Shown here one piece after another: positions 1-8,703 of a stretch of DNA of 64,000 nucleotides. Source of the stretch: Burkholderiales bacterium (GTDB lineage: Bacteria > Pseudomonadota > Gammaproteobacteria > Burkholderiales > Ga0077523); assembly GCA_019747905.1 (NCBI GenBank), contig JAIEQG010000007.1, forward strand, positions 17,189 to 81,188, read 5' to 3'. The position numbers were made by a program, and so were the translations under genes. Positions within the stretch are counted from its first letter, which is position 1. Every line of letters begins with the position of its first letter. The notes under the pieces are model-generated. The model searched no databases. It had not been told where the DNA came from and saw only the letters and a list, made by a program, of their open reading frames with translations.

Positions 1-2145
1 CCGGAGCTGTGGCAGTTCCCCACCGGCTCCATGGGACTCGGACCGCTCAACGCGATCTACCAGGCGCGCTTCCTCCGTTACCTGCAGGATCGCGGCATTC
101 TCGACGCCGCCAATCGCAAGGTGTGGGCGTTCCCCGGCGACGGCGAGATGGACGAACCGGAGTCGCTGGCGGGCCTGTCGCTCGCCGCGCGCGAAGGTCT
201 CGACAACCTCATCTTCGTCGTCAACTGCAATCTGCAGCGCCTGGATGGTCCGGTGCGCGGCAACGGCTCGGTGATCCAGGAGCTCGAAGGTCTCTTCGCC
301 GGCGCCGGCTGGAACGTGATCAAGCTGCTCTGGGGCAGCGAATGGGATTCGCTGTTCGCACGCGACCACGACAACGTGATCATCAAGCGCCTGCACGAAA
401 CCGTGGACGGCGAGTTCCAGAAGTACGCGGCCACCGACGGCCGCTTCAACCGCGAGAACTTCTTCAACAAGTATCCCGAATTGCAGGCGCTGGTTGCACA
501 CATGTCCGACGAGGACATCGACCGCCTGCGCCGCGGCGGCCACGACCCGCTCAAGATCTACGCGGCCTACCACGCGGCGGTGAATCACAAGGGCCAGCCC
601 ACGGTCATCCTCGCCCAGACCAAGAAGGGCTACGGCATGGGTCACTGGGGCCAGGGCAAGATGACCACGCACCAGCAGAAGAAGCTGGATGACGAGGCGC
701 TGCTTGCCTTCCGCGACCGCTTCTCGCTGCCGCTGTCCGACGCGCAGGTGACACAGCTCGAGTTCCACAAACCGGCGGACGACAGTCCCGAGATGAAGTA
801 CCTGCACGCGCGCCGCGCGGCGCTCGGCGGCTACATGCCGCAGCGGGTGCCGAAGAGCAAGGCACTGCCGGTGCCGGCGCGGTCGACCATCACCAAGTTC
901 CTGGAAGGCACGGCCGGGCGCGAACAGTCCACCACGATGGTGTTCGTGCAGATGCTCACCCAGTGGCTCAAGGACGCGGCATTGGGCAAGCACATCGTGC
1001 CGATCGTCGCCGACGAAGCGCGCACCTTCGGCATGCAGGCGCTGTTCCGCCAGGTGGCGATTTATTCCTCGGTGGGTCAACTCTACGAACCCGAGGACAA
1101 GGACGAGCTGCTTTACTACAAGGAAGCGAAGGACGGCCAGATCCTCGAAGAGGGCATCAGCGAAGCCGGTGCCATTTCCTCGTGGATCGCGGCTGCCACC
1201 AGCTACAGCTCGCACGGCGTGCCGATGCTGCCCTTCTACATCTTCTATTCCTGCTTCGGGTTCCAGCGCATCGGTGACCTGGTGTGGGCGGCGGGCGATT
1301 CGCGCGCCCGCGGCTTCCTGCTCGGTGCCACGGCCGGGCGCACCACGCTTTCCGGCGAAGGCCTGCAGCACGAGGACGGCTCGAGCCACCTGCTGTACTC
1401 CACCGTGCCGAACTGCGTGTGCTACGACCCGTGCTACGGCTATGAACTCGCGCTGATCGTTCAGGACGGCGCGCGGCGCATGCTCGAGGACCAGGAAGAC
1501 GTCTTCTACTACGTCACCGTGATGAACGAGAACTACGCCCACCCGGGGATGCCGGCGGGCGCGGAAGAAGGCATCCTCAAAGGCATGTACCGTCTTCGCT
1601 CGTCCACCCTCCCCCTCATGGGGGAGGGCCAGGGTGGGGGTGGTCAACGCCCACGTGCGCAACTCCTCGGCTCGGGCACCATCCTGCGTGAGGTGCTGGC
1701 CGCCGCCGAACTCCTGGAGAACGACTGGAACGTCGGCGCCGACGTGTGGAGCGTGACGAGCTTCACCGAACTGCGTCGCGACGGCCTCGCGATCGAGCGC
1801 TCCAACCGCCTGAACCCGGGCGAGGAAGACCGCAAGACCTGGGTCGAGCGTTGCCTCGACGGCACGCAAGGTCCCGTCATCGCGTCCACCGACTACATGC
1901 GAGCATTGCCCGACATGATCCGCACATGGGTGCCGCGTCGCTACGTCACGCTGGGCACCGACGGCTTCGGCCGCAGCGATACGCGCGCGGCGTTGCGGCG
2001 CTTCTTCGAGGTCGACCGGTTCCACGTGGTGATCGCGACGCTGAAGGCGTTGGCCGACGATGGCACCTTGCCGCGCGCTGTCGTGAAGCAGGCGATCGCG
2101 AAGTACGGAATCGACGGTTCGGCGCCGGAGCCCTGGGCCGCGTAA
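1..2145 (+). CDS. aceE: Pyruvate dehydrogenase E1 component (AceE type), 5'-truncated by the window edge
   Basis: Frame 1 is open from nt 1 to TAA at 2143-2145. The translation (GDGEMDEPES, NLIFVVNCNLQRLDGPVRGNG, LGTDGFGRSDTR) is collinear with the C-terminal ~710 aa of E. coli AceE. Confidence 0.95.
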   Translation, partial: PELWQFPTGSMGLGPLNAIYQARFLRYLQDRGILDAANRKVWAFPGDGEMDEPESLAGLSLAAREGLDNLIFVVNCNLQRLDGPVRGNGSVIQELEGLFAGAGWNVIKLLWGSEWDSLFARDHDNVIIKRLHETVDGEFQKYAATDGRFNRENFFNKYPELQALVAHMSDEDIDRLRRGGHDPLKIYAAYHAAVNHKGQPTVILAQTKKGYGMGHWGQGKMTTHQQKKLDDEALLAFRDRFSLPLSDAQVTQLEFHKPADDSPEMKYLHARRAALGGYMPQRVPKSKALPVPARSTITKFLEGTAGREQSTTMVFVQMLTQWLKDAALGKHIVPIVADEARTFGMQALFRQVAIYSSVGQLYEPEDKDELLYYKEAKDGQILEEGISEAGAISSWIAAATSYSSHGVPMLPFYIFYSCFGFQRIGDLVWAAGDSRARGFLLGATAGRTTLSGEGLQHEDGSSHLLYSTVPNCVCYDPCYGYELALIVQDGARRMLEDQEDVFYYVTVMNENYAHPGMPAGAEEGILKGMYRLRSSTLPLMGEGQGGGGQRPRAQLLGSGTILREVLAAAELLENDWNVGADVWSVTSFTELRRDGLAIERSNRLNPGEEDRKTWVERCLDGTQGPVIASTDYMRALPDMIRTWVPRRYVTLGTDGFGRSDTRAALRRFFEVDRFHVVIATLKALADDGTLPRAVVKQAIAKYGIDGSAPEPWAA
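1607..1643 (+). repeat. Half-unit of REP family A embedded in-frame inside aceE
   Basis: 'ccctccccc tcat gggggaggg ccagggtgggggtgg' matches the second hairpin and 3' flank of the intergenic family A unit (e.g. 22870-22913). It encodes the extra loop TLPLMGEGQGGGGQ. Confidence 0.6.
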
Positions 2146-2206
2146 GCAAGGAAACTCAGCCCTCGCCGGGCCTGCCATCGACCGGAGGCCGACGTCCTTC
2201 GTCAGG

Positions 2207-2234
2207 CACAGACAGTCCGCAGGGACTGTCTGTG
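2207..2234. repeat. 12-bp stem-loop with conserved core CAGTCC-GCAG-GGACTG (hairpin family C), between convergent aceE and the MFS gene
   Basis: 'cacagacagtcc gcag ggactgtctgtg' is a perfect inverted repeat. The same core occurs in the opposite orientation at 45823-45852. No U-run follows, so terminator function is uncertain. Confidence 0.5.
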
Positions 2235-2303
2235 TCCGGTCTCAGCCCACAAGAGGGCTGGCCCCTGGGGGAGGGGCCATAGGCCCATCGGGGGGTCATC
2301 CTA

Positions 2304-3470
2304 CTAGCGCGCCACCAGCGTGCGCTGAGTCGCGAACGCGATAGCGCCGCACACGGCGATCACGACGGCCATCGGCAGTGCCGTGCCGTCGTGCCACCAC
2401 CCTACGGTGGCGCCGGCCACCGCCGCGATCGCGAACTGCACCGTGCCCAGCAGTGCCGATGCACTGCCTGCACGGTCCGGAAACGGACCCATCGCTCCGG
2501 CAGCCGCGTTGGGATACGAGAAGCCGAGGCTCGCGACGTAGCCGAACAACGGCACCAGCAGGCCGATGAGACCGCCCCACCGGGTCCACGCCGCAACCAC
2601 GAGGAGTGCACCGAAGAGCGCATTGGCGAGATTCGCCCGCGCCAGCAACCGGTCCGGACCGAGACGCATGACCAGCCGCGCGTTGATCTGCGAGGCGGTA
2701 ATGAGCCCCAGCGCGTTGGCACCGAACAGCCAGCCGTAGGCGCCCGCGGGTACTCCATACACGTCGATGAAGACGAACGGCGAGCCCGAGATGTACGCGA
2801 ACATCCCGGCCTGCGCGAAGCCGCCGGCGAGCGTGTAACCGAGGAAGCGCCGGTGTCCGAGCAGTTGCCCGTAGTCGCGCAGGACCGTCCGCGCGCTCAG
2901 ACGCGCCAGCGATCGCCGGCGCGTTTCGGGCAGTCCGAACCAGGCTGCGGCGAGACAGGCGAGTCCGAACGCGAGCAAGGTCCAGAAGATCGACCGCCAG
3001 CCCGTCATGCCCAGCAGCCAGCCGCCCGCCAGCGGTGCGAGCATCGGCGCCGCTCCCATCACCAGCATCATGGTCGAGAGCATCCGTGCCGAGCCCCATT
3101 GGTCGAACAGGTCACGCACGACCGCCCGCGCGATGACCACGCCGGCACAACCGCCGAGGGCCTGGGCGAAGCGCCATGCGATCAGGCTCTCGGCGCTGCC
3201 CGCCAGCGCGCAGCCGGTGGTCGCCGCTGCATACAGGACGAGCCCCGCATAGAGCGGCGGCTTGCGCCCGAAGCGATCGGCCAGCGGCCCGTACAGCGCC
3301 TGGCCGAGAGCGAGCCCGATGAAGAACGCCGACAGCGTGAACTGCGTGGTCGCCGTCGAGGCGCCGAACTCGACGGCGAGTGTCGGCAGGCTCGGCAGAT
3401 ACATGTCGATCGACATCGGCGCGAAGGCACTGAGGGCGCCGAGGATGAGGGTGAGGCACAATCGGGACAA
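2304..3470 (-). CDS. MFS transporter, Bcr/CflA drug-resistance family
   Basis: 388 aa with about 12 hydrophobic segments. The N-terminus 'APMSIDMYLPSLPTLAVEFG...QFTLSAFFIGLALGQALYGPLADRFGRK' is the Bcr/CflA signature. The start codon is TTG. Confidence 0.85.
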   Translation of the reverse strand: MSRLCLTLILGALSAFAPMSIDMYLPSLPTLAVEFGASTATTQFTLSAFFIGLALGQALYGPLADRFGRKPPLYAGLVLYAAATTGCALAGSAESLIAWRFAQALGGCAGVVIARAVVRDLFDQWGSARMLSTMMLVMGAAPMLAPLAGGWLLGMTGWRSIFWTLLAFGLACLAAAWFGLPETRRRSLARLSARTVLRDYGQLLGHRRFLGYTLAGGFAQAGMFAYISGSPFVFIDVYGVPAGAYGWLFGANALGLITASQINARLVMRLGPDRLLARANLANALFGALLVVAAWTRWGGLIGLLVPLFGYVASLGFSYPNAAAGAMGPFPDRAGSASALLGTVQFAIAAVAGATVGWWHDGTALPMAVVIAVCGAIAFATQRTLVAR

Positions 3471-3635
3471 GGCGGCGGCACGCTCTGGGACAGTCTCGAA
3501 AGAGTGTAACCACCCCGCTCGCTGGGCGATTCTCCCAAGTCATCCGCCATTCGGATCATGCGGACGATCCGTTTTGTAATCCGTTCTGCTTAGGCTTCGG
3601 CAAACCAAGAACATCAATTCTTACCGGAGACCAGA

Positions 3636-5735
3636 ATGTACCCTCATCCTTCCGTTCGACGCGTGCTGATAGGGGCGCTTGCCGTCGCCCTCGGCGCAAC
3701 CGCCGCTGCTCCTTCGCTAGCGGAACAGATCACCATCCTCCATGTCGGTGACCAGGAATCCTGGCTGATCAGCGCGGCGGGCAGCACCCGGGACGTGGGT
3801 GGTGCGACGGACCTATCCCGTTACGGCGGCGTGGACCGACTGGCGGCTGTCATCGACCGCGAACGGGCTGCGGCAGCCGGTAGAACGGTGCTAACCTTGA
3901 ACGCTGGCGACGCCTTCCTTCCCGGAACACGGTTGAACGCCAGCTTCGCAGCATTCGGCGGCAACCCCGGCCTCGGCATCGCGCCTTCGGACTTCTACGA
4001 CGCCATCGCGATGCGCGAAATCGGCTTCACCGCCGCCGTGTTCGGCAACCATGAGTTCGATCTGCAGCCCGAAATCGCCGCGAAGTTCGCCGAGATGTCC
4101 GGAACGACCTATCTGTCATCCAATCTGAACTTTTCCGGCACGGCGAGCTTCCAGACGCTGGCCACTGCCGGCACTGTCGCTCCGACCAAGCTGGTCACTA
4201 CGGATGGCGGCCTCAAGATCGGACTGGTCGGTGCCACCACCCCCCTGCTGCCGGCGATTTCCTCCCCGGGCGCAATTTCGCTACTGGGCTTCGATCCGGG
4301 CGCATCGGAGGCGGTCAACTTGCAAAGCTTGGTGTCGATCATCCAGGTCCAGATCGACTCGCTCAGGGCAGCCGGTGCCGAGGCGATCGTGCTCATGAGC
4401 CACCTGCAGAATGCCCAGAACGAGATCGGAGTCGTCGTGCCCCAGCTCACCGGGGTCGACATCGTCCTCTCCGGCGGCGGCCACGAACTCATGAACGGCG
4501 GCACGCTGATTCCCGGAAACATTCCGTCCGGACTCACCTACCCCACGGCGGTCGACACCGCCCAGGCCGGAGTGAGAGCGCTCGTGGTGACTTCAAATTT
4601 CGGCAACCGCTATCTGGGCGAACTCAACTTCTCGCTCGACCCGACCACCGGCGAGGTACTGCGCGACGCCGCGGGGATCCCGATCCTCGAATCGGGCACT
4701 ACACAGCATCGCATCTCAGGCAACACGGCCGACACCGACGCCGTCACGCCGGATGCCACCATCCAGGCCAACGTCGTAGCGCCGGTACTGGCGTTTGTCG
4801 CGGCACAGAACAGCACGATCGTCGGCACTTCGGAAGTACAGCTCGGACCCGCTTCGGGCAGCGTGAACGGCACACCGGGGACCCCGGGCTCCTTCGTCGC
4901 TGGTGTTCGCAATTCCGAGTCGAATCTCGGCAACCTCTCGTCCGATGCCTTGCGCTGGGCCACAGGGACCACTGTCGCCTTCCAGAATGGCGGCGGCATC
5001 CGCGCGTCGATCAACGACGGCGAGGTAACGTTGGGTGAAGTAAACACGACTCTCGCTTTCGCCAATCTGGTGGTGAGCATTCCCGACGTGAATGCGGGGC
5101 AGCTCAAGCAACTGCTTGAATGGGGCCTCGCTACCGCCTCGCCTTCAGGAGCCGTGAACGGCCGCTTCCCGCAAATCTCGGGCATGTCCGTCTACTACGA
5201 CAGCGAGAACGTGGCGGCGAACCTGTTCTACAACCCCGACGGGTCGTTCAATACGGCGGCGGCCGGGTTCAACTTCGGCGATCGCGTGAAACGCATCGTA
5301 CTCGACGACGGCACCGTACTGGTCGACGGCGGTGTGGTCGTCGACGCCACGACGACGTTCTCGCTGGGCACGATCGACTTTCTGGCGCGCGAGAATCCGG
5401 GCACGCCCGGGCGCGGCGGCGATGCATACCCCTTCGCCGCACTCGGCATCGACTCGTTCGAGAATCCTGCCGTGTCCCGGCTCTACGGCGAGGCATTGCA
5501 AGCTTACATCGAAGCCGATACCACAGACGGTGGTCTGGGAGGCGTCGTGAGTGCCGCCCGCTATCCGATCGACAATCCTTTGACCTATCAGGGACGGATG
5601 GTCGACATGGCTATTGCAGTGCCCGAACCGTCGACCTACGCGATGATGATAGGTGGTCTGGCGTTGATCGGCACGTTGGCGCGGCGCCGGAGCTTCGACG
5701 CAGGCAATCGCCCGCCCAACACCATGAGGCTGTAA
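3636..5735 (+). CDS. Secreted bifunctional metallophosphatase/5'-nucleotidase-family protein with C-terminal PEP-CTERM sorting signal
   Basis: Signal peptide; calcineurin-like motifs (HVGDQES, NAGDAF, GNHEFD, SHL, GGGHE). The C-terminus 'VPEPSTYAMMIGGLALIGTLARRR' has PEP motif, TM helix and Arg cluster. Confidence 0.8.
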   Translation: MYPHPSVRRVLIGALAVALGATAAAPSLAEQITILHVGDQESWLISAAGSTRDVGGATDLSRYGGVDRLAAVIDRERAAAAGRTVLTLNAGDAFLPGTRLNASFAAFGGNPGLGIAPSDFYDAIAMREIGFTAAVFGNHEFDLQPEIAAKFAEMSGTTYLSSNLNFSGTASFQTLATAGTVAPTKLVTTDGGLKIGLVGATTPLLPAISSPGAISLLGFDPGASEAVNLQSLVSIIQVQIDSLRAAGAEAIVLMSHLQNAQNEIGVVVPQLTGVDIVLSGGGHELMNGGTLIPGNIPSGLTYPTAVDTAQAGVRALVVTSNFGNRYLGELNFSLDPTTGEVLRDAAGIPILESGTTQHRISGNTADTDAVTPDATIQANVVAPVLAFVAAQNSTIVGTSEVQLGPASGSVNGTPGTPGSFVAGVRNSESNLGNLSSDALRWATGTTVAFQNGGGIRASINDGEVTLGEVNTTLAFANLVVSIPDVNAGQLKQLLEWGLATASPSGAVNGRFPQISGMSVYYDSENVAANLFYNPDGSFNTAAAGFNFGDRVKRIVLDDGTVLVDGGVVVDATTTFSLGTIDFLARENPGTPGRGGDAYPFAALGIDSFENPAVSRLYGEALQAYIEADTTDGGLGGVVSAARYPIDNPLTYQGRMVDMAIAVPEPSTYAMMIGGLALIGTLARRRSFDAGNRPPNTMRL

Positions 5736-5819
5736 CCAACAACATGAGTTTGGCATCACCCGGGGGATGCGGGTGATACCACTATCGGAGCTGCGACCCG
5801 GCACGGGCATAATCCGCGG

Positions 5820-6665
5820 ATGCCCGCGTTCGAGCGTCTGGAACTGCACGCAGTACCGGCAACCCGTCTGACGGCCCCGGATGGTGCGACTGCGCTCGTC
5901 ACCGACCGCGGCGCCCAAGTGCTCTCGTGGATACCGGCGGGCGGCGACGAACGCCTGTACCTGTCGGAAACCGCGGTCTATGCCCCCGACACACCGATCC
6001 GCGGCGGCGTTCCGGTAATCTTTCCGCAGTTCGGCACCCTCGGGGCGCTCGCGCGGCACGGCTTCGCGCGGACGGCCTCATGGACTCTCGACGAGAGCCG
6101 GGCCGGTGCCGACTACGCGCTGGCGACGTGGTGTCTCGACAGCAACCCGGCGACCCGTGCAATCTGGCCCCATGAGTTCCGCGCCGAACTGACCGTGAGC
6201 GTGGGTGGCAATCAACTGGACGTGGAACTCGCGATCGAGAATACCGGCACCGAGCCGTTCGAATTCACGGCGGCGCTGCACTCCTATCTGCGCGTGCGCG
6301 AGGTCGAGCATGCAAAGCTCACGGGGCTCGAGCACACGGAGTTCCGCGATCAACTCGCCGGCGGCGAAGTTCGTACCGAAGCGCGTGAGACGCTGAGCTT
6401 CGACGGGCCGATCGATCGCATCCATCTCGACGTGCCGCCGCGACTGGTCTTGAGCGAATCCGGGCGCCAGTTGCTCATCGAATCGAGCGGGTTCCCCGAC
6501 GTGGTGATATGGAATCCCTGGGACACCGGGTCCGCGGCATTCAAGGACCTGCCACCCCTCGGGTTTCGCCGCATGCTGTGCGTCGAAGCGGCGGCGATCG
6601 GCTCTCCCGTGACCGTGAAACCGGGCCTGGTGTGGGCAGGGCGACAGACGCTGGTGGCGATGTAG
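5820..6665 (+). CDS. D-hexose-6-phosphate mutarotase (aldose 1-epimerase family, YeaD-like)
   Basis: 281 aa. 'PIRGGVPVIFPQFG' and 'HGFAR...W' motifs and the length are typical of glucose-6-phosphate 1-epimerase. Confidence 0.85.
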   Translation: MPAFERLELHAVPATRLTAPDGATALVTDRGAQVLSWIPAGGDERLYLSETAVYAPDTPIRGGVPVIFPQFGTLGALARHGFARTASWTLDESRAGADYALATWCLDSNPATRAIWPHEFRAELTVSVGGNQLDVELAIENTGTEPFEFTAALHSYLRVREVEHAKLTGLEHTEFRDQLAGGEVRTEARETLSFDGPIDRIHLDVPPRLVLSESGRQLLIESSGFPDVVIWNPWDTGSAAFKDLPPLGFRRMLCVEAAAIGSPVTVKPGLVWAGRQTLVAM

Positions 6666-6835
6666 CGCATATTGAAACGACCCCCAGGCTCACTACGGTC
6701 GCTGCCCCTCCGAGGGGGCGCGTCAGTGTCTTGGGGCGTCCCAGCGACACTCAACTCACGGTTTATTGGGAGAAGGCCCGTGCGACCCGGCTGCGCCGGC
6801 CGCTGGCCCATCGCGATGACAATCACCGCACTGAC

Positions 6836-8107
6836 ATGTCCCGCCTGCTGACCTTTGTCCCGCCCCGACCGAAGCGCTGGATGATCGGCGCCCTCACGCC
6901 CGTGAGCCGCGGCGTGTTCCTGCGCGGCCTGATGCGGGTGCACGAGATCGATTTCCCGGCGGCGGATGAAGCGCGCTTCCGGGCGCACGTGAACGCGGAC
7001 ACCGCGGCATTCATCGCGCCGAACCATCCCGAGTTCCTCACCGACTGGCTGCTCGACAAGGAGCTGTCGGCGCGCCACGCACCGCTGATGGCGAGCTGGG
7101 CGACCCACGACGTGGTGAACGGCATGGGTGCGGCACTGCAGTGGTTCTGGTTGAGCAACAACCTCATTGCGCAGATTCCCGGCGCCGGCGGTGCCGCCGG
7201 CAAGGAATACTCGATCGAGTGGGCGCTGGAGGGCCACGCCGTGCTGCTGCATCCCGAGGGCAGCGTGGCCTGGACCGCGGATCGCGTGCAACCGCTGTTC
7301 GGCGGCGTCGCGGACATGGCGATCGAAGCGGCCCGGCGCGCCCCGGCCGCGGCCGCAGCCCGACCCGTGTACATGGTTCCGGTCGTCTGGTGCTACCGGT
7401 TCACCAGCGACGTCCACGCGGCCCTCGCCCGCGAGCTCGATCGGGCGGAACACAAGCTCGGCCACCGCACGCGCCGCGACGCGACGCCAGCCGAGCGCGT
7501 ACTCGACCTCTACACGGCCATACTGGAACGGGATGAGCGCCGTTGGCAGCTGCCTTCAATGCCGGACGAACCGTTCGCAGCGCGGCAGGCGTCCCTGCTG
7601 ATGGCACTGACCGCCCGCCTCCATGCGCAACTCGATGCTGCAGGGTTCGAAGCGCCGGACTCGAACGCCGAAGACGTATTCGGCCGCGGACGAAGCGCGC
7701 TGCGCCGTGCCGAGCATTGGATGCGCCACGCAGCATCGCAGACTTCCCCCATGCGCGAGGAAGTCCGGGCCGCGGCGAAGACCTTGCGCCGCGCGATGCG
7801 GATGGACCCAGCCTGGTACCGTTCACCGCAGCTCACGCAGGAACAGGTGGCCGAGAACCTGCAGCGCCTGCGCACCGATTATTGCTTCACCGGATGGCGC
7901 GACAACTTGCACCGCTTCGTGCCGCGGCCGGTGGGCCCGCGGATCGCGCACATCCGCGTGCCGCAGCCGATCCAAGTCACCGGTATCGACGCGGCCGACG
8001 CGCTGCTCCTCGAACTGCGTCAGCGCATGCAGGGAACCCTCGACGACCTGGCTGCGCAGCAGCTCAGCACCACGGGGGCACGGGCCTACCCGAACCCCTT
8101 TCGTTGA
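6836..8107 (+). CDS. PlsC-like acyltransferase-family protein with long helical C-terminal extension
   Basis: ATG at 6836 avoids overlap with the upstream gene. 'APNHPEFLTDW' (H-x5-D, one residue longer than the canonical HX4D) and 'LLHPEGSVAW' resemble acyltransferase blocks I and III. The family call is tentative. Confidence 0.5.
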   Translation: MSRLLTFVPPRPKRWMIGALTPVSRGVFLRGLMRVHEIDFPAADEARFRAHVNADTAAFIAPNHPEFLTDWLLDKELSARHAPLMASWATHDVVNGMGAALQWFWLSNNLIAQIPGAGGAAGKEYSIEWALEGHAVLLHPEGSVAWTADRVQPLFGGVADMAIEAARRAPAAAAARPVYMVPVVWCYRFTSDVHAALARELDRAEHKLGHRTRRDATPAERVLDLYTAILERDERRWQLPSMPDEPFAARQASLLMALTARLHAQLDAAGFEAPDSNAEDVFGRGRSALRRAEHWMRHAASQTSPMREEVRAAAKTLRRAMRMDPAWYRSPQLTQEQVAENLQRLRTDYCFTGWRDNLHRFVPRPVGPRIAHIRVPQPIQVTGIDAADALLLELRQRMQGTLDDLAAQQLSTTGARAYPNPFR

Positions 8108-8116
8108 GGCCGCCGC

Positions 8117-8668
8117 TCAGCGTGGCGCGATGACCGGCGCCACCGGGTCGGACGGCGTCACCACCGGCGGCACGACCGGACCCGGAACGCCGGACCGCAA
8201 CGGCTGGAACGTGCGCGGGCCCTGATTGCGGACCTGCGCCCACATCACGTCCGGGTCTGCCGCGAAGATGCTCGCCCGCTCGAACTGGTGGACCTGCACG
8301 CCCCGGCCCAGCGGCGGCTCGAAGTTCGGCGCCACCGCTACCTCGTTGGGGCGCAGTTCGCGGTACATCCGGCGCTCGAAATCGCGCACGTCGATGAAAG
8401 CACGCCGGGCGTCGTCGAACTCGACCCGGTAGATCGGATCGCTCGGCGGCCAGGGCCCGCCGACCAGCACCTCCAGGATGCGGAATCGCACCTTGCCGCG
8501 CACCGGCTGGCGATCGCGCAGCGCCAGGTCGCCGAAGAACTCGACGCTGGTTTCCGACAACGCAGGACGCGCCCAGAAGACCCGACCCACCCGGGGATCG
8601 GACCCGTCGCCCGCGACGGCTTCGAACGCCAGCAGCAGTGCAGACCACCAGATCCATCGCACCATCAT
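8117..8668 (-). CDS. Hypothetical secreted protein (183 aa) with Pro-rich C-terminal tail
   Basis: ATG at 8668 lies 36 nt downstream of the RND gene stop. N-terminus 'MMVRWIWWSALLLAFEAVAG' looks like a signal peptide. No recognisable family. The longer ORF to 9052 overlaps czcA-like coding sequence and was rejected. Confidence 0.45.
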   Translation of the reverse strand: MMVRWIWWSALLLAFEAVAGDGSDPRVGRVFWARPALSETSVEFFGDLALRDRQPVRGKVRFRILEVLVGGPWPPSDPIYRVEFDDARRAFIDVRDFERRMYRELRPNEVAVAPNFEPPLGRGVQVHQFERASIFAADPDVMWAQVRNQGPRTFQPLRSGVPGPVVPPVVTPSDPVAPVIAPR

Positions 8669-8703
8669 CGGCCCTCGCCGCCAGCACAACCCGGGCGCTC
8701 GCC

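Noticed and set aside
6509-6835. Upstream extension of the acyltransferase-like ORF (532 aa).
   Set aside because: It overlaps the 3' end of the mutarotase gene and translates to low-complexity Arg/Gly/Pro sequence. ATG 6836 gives a sensible N-terminus.
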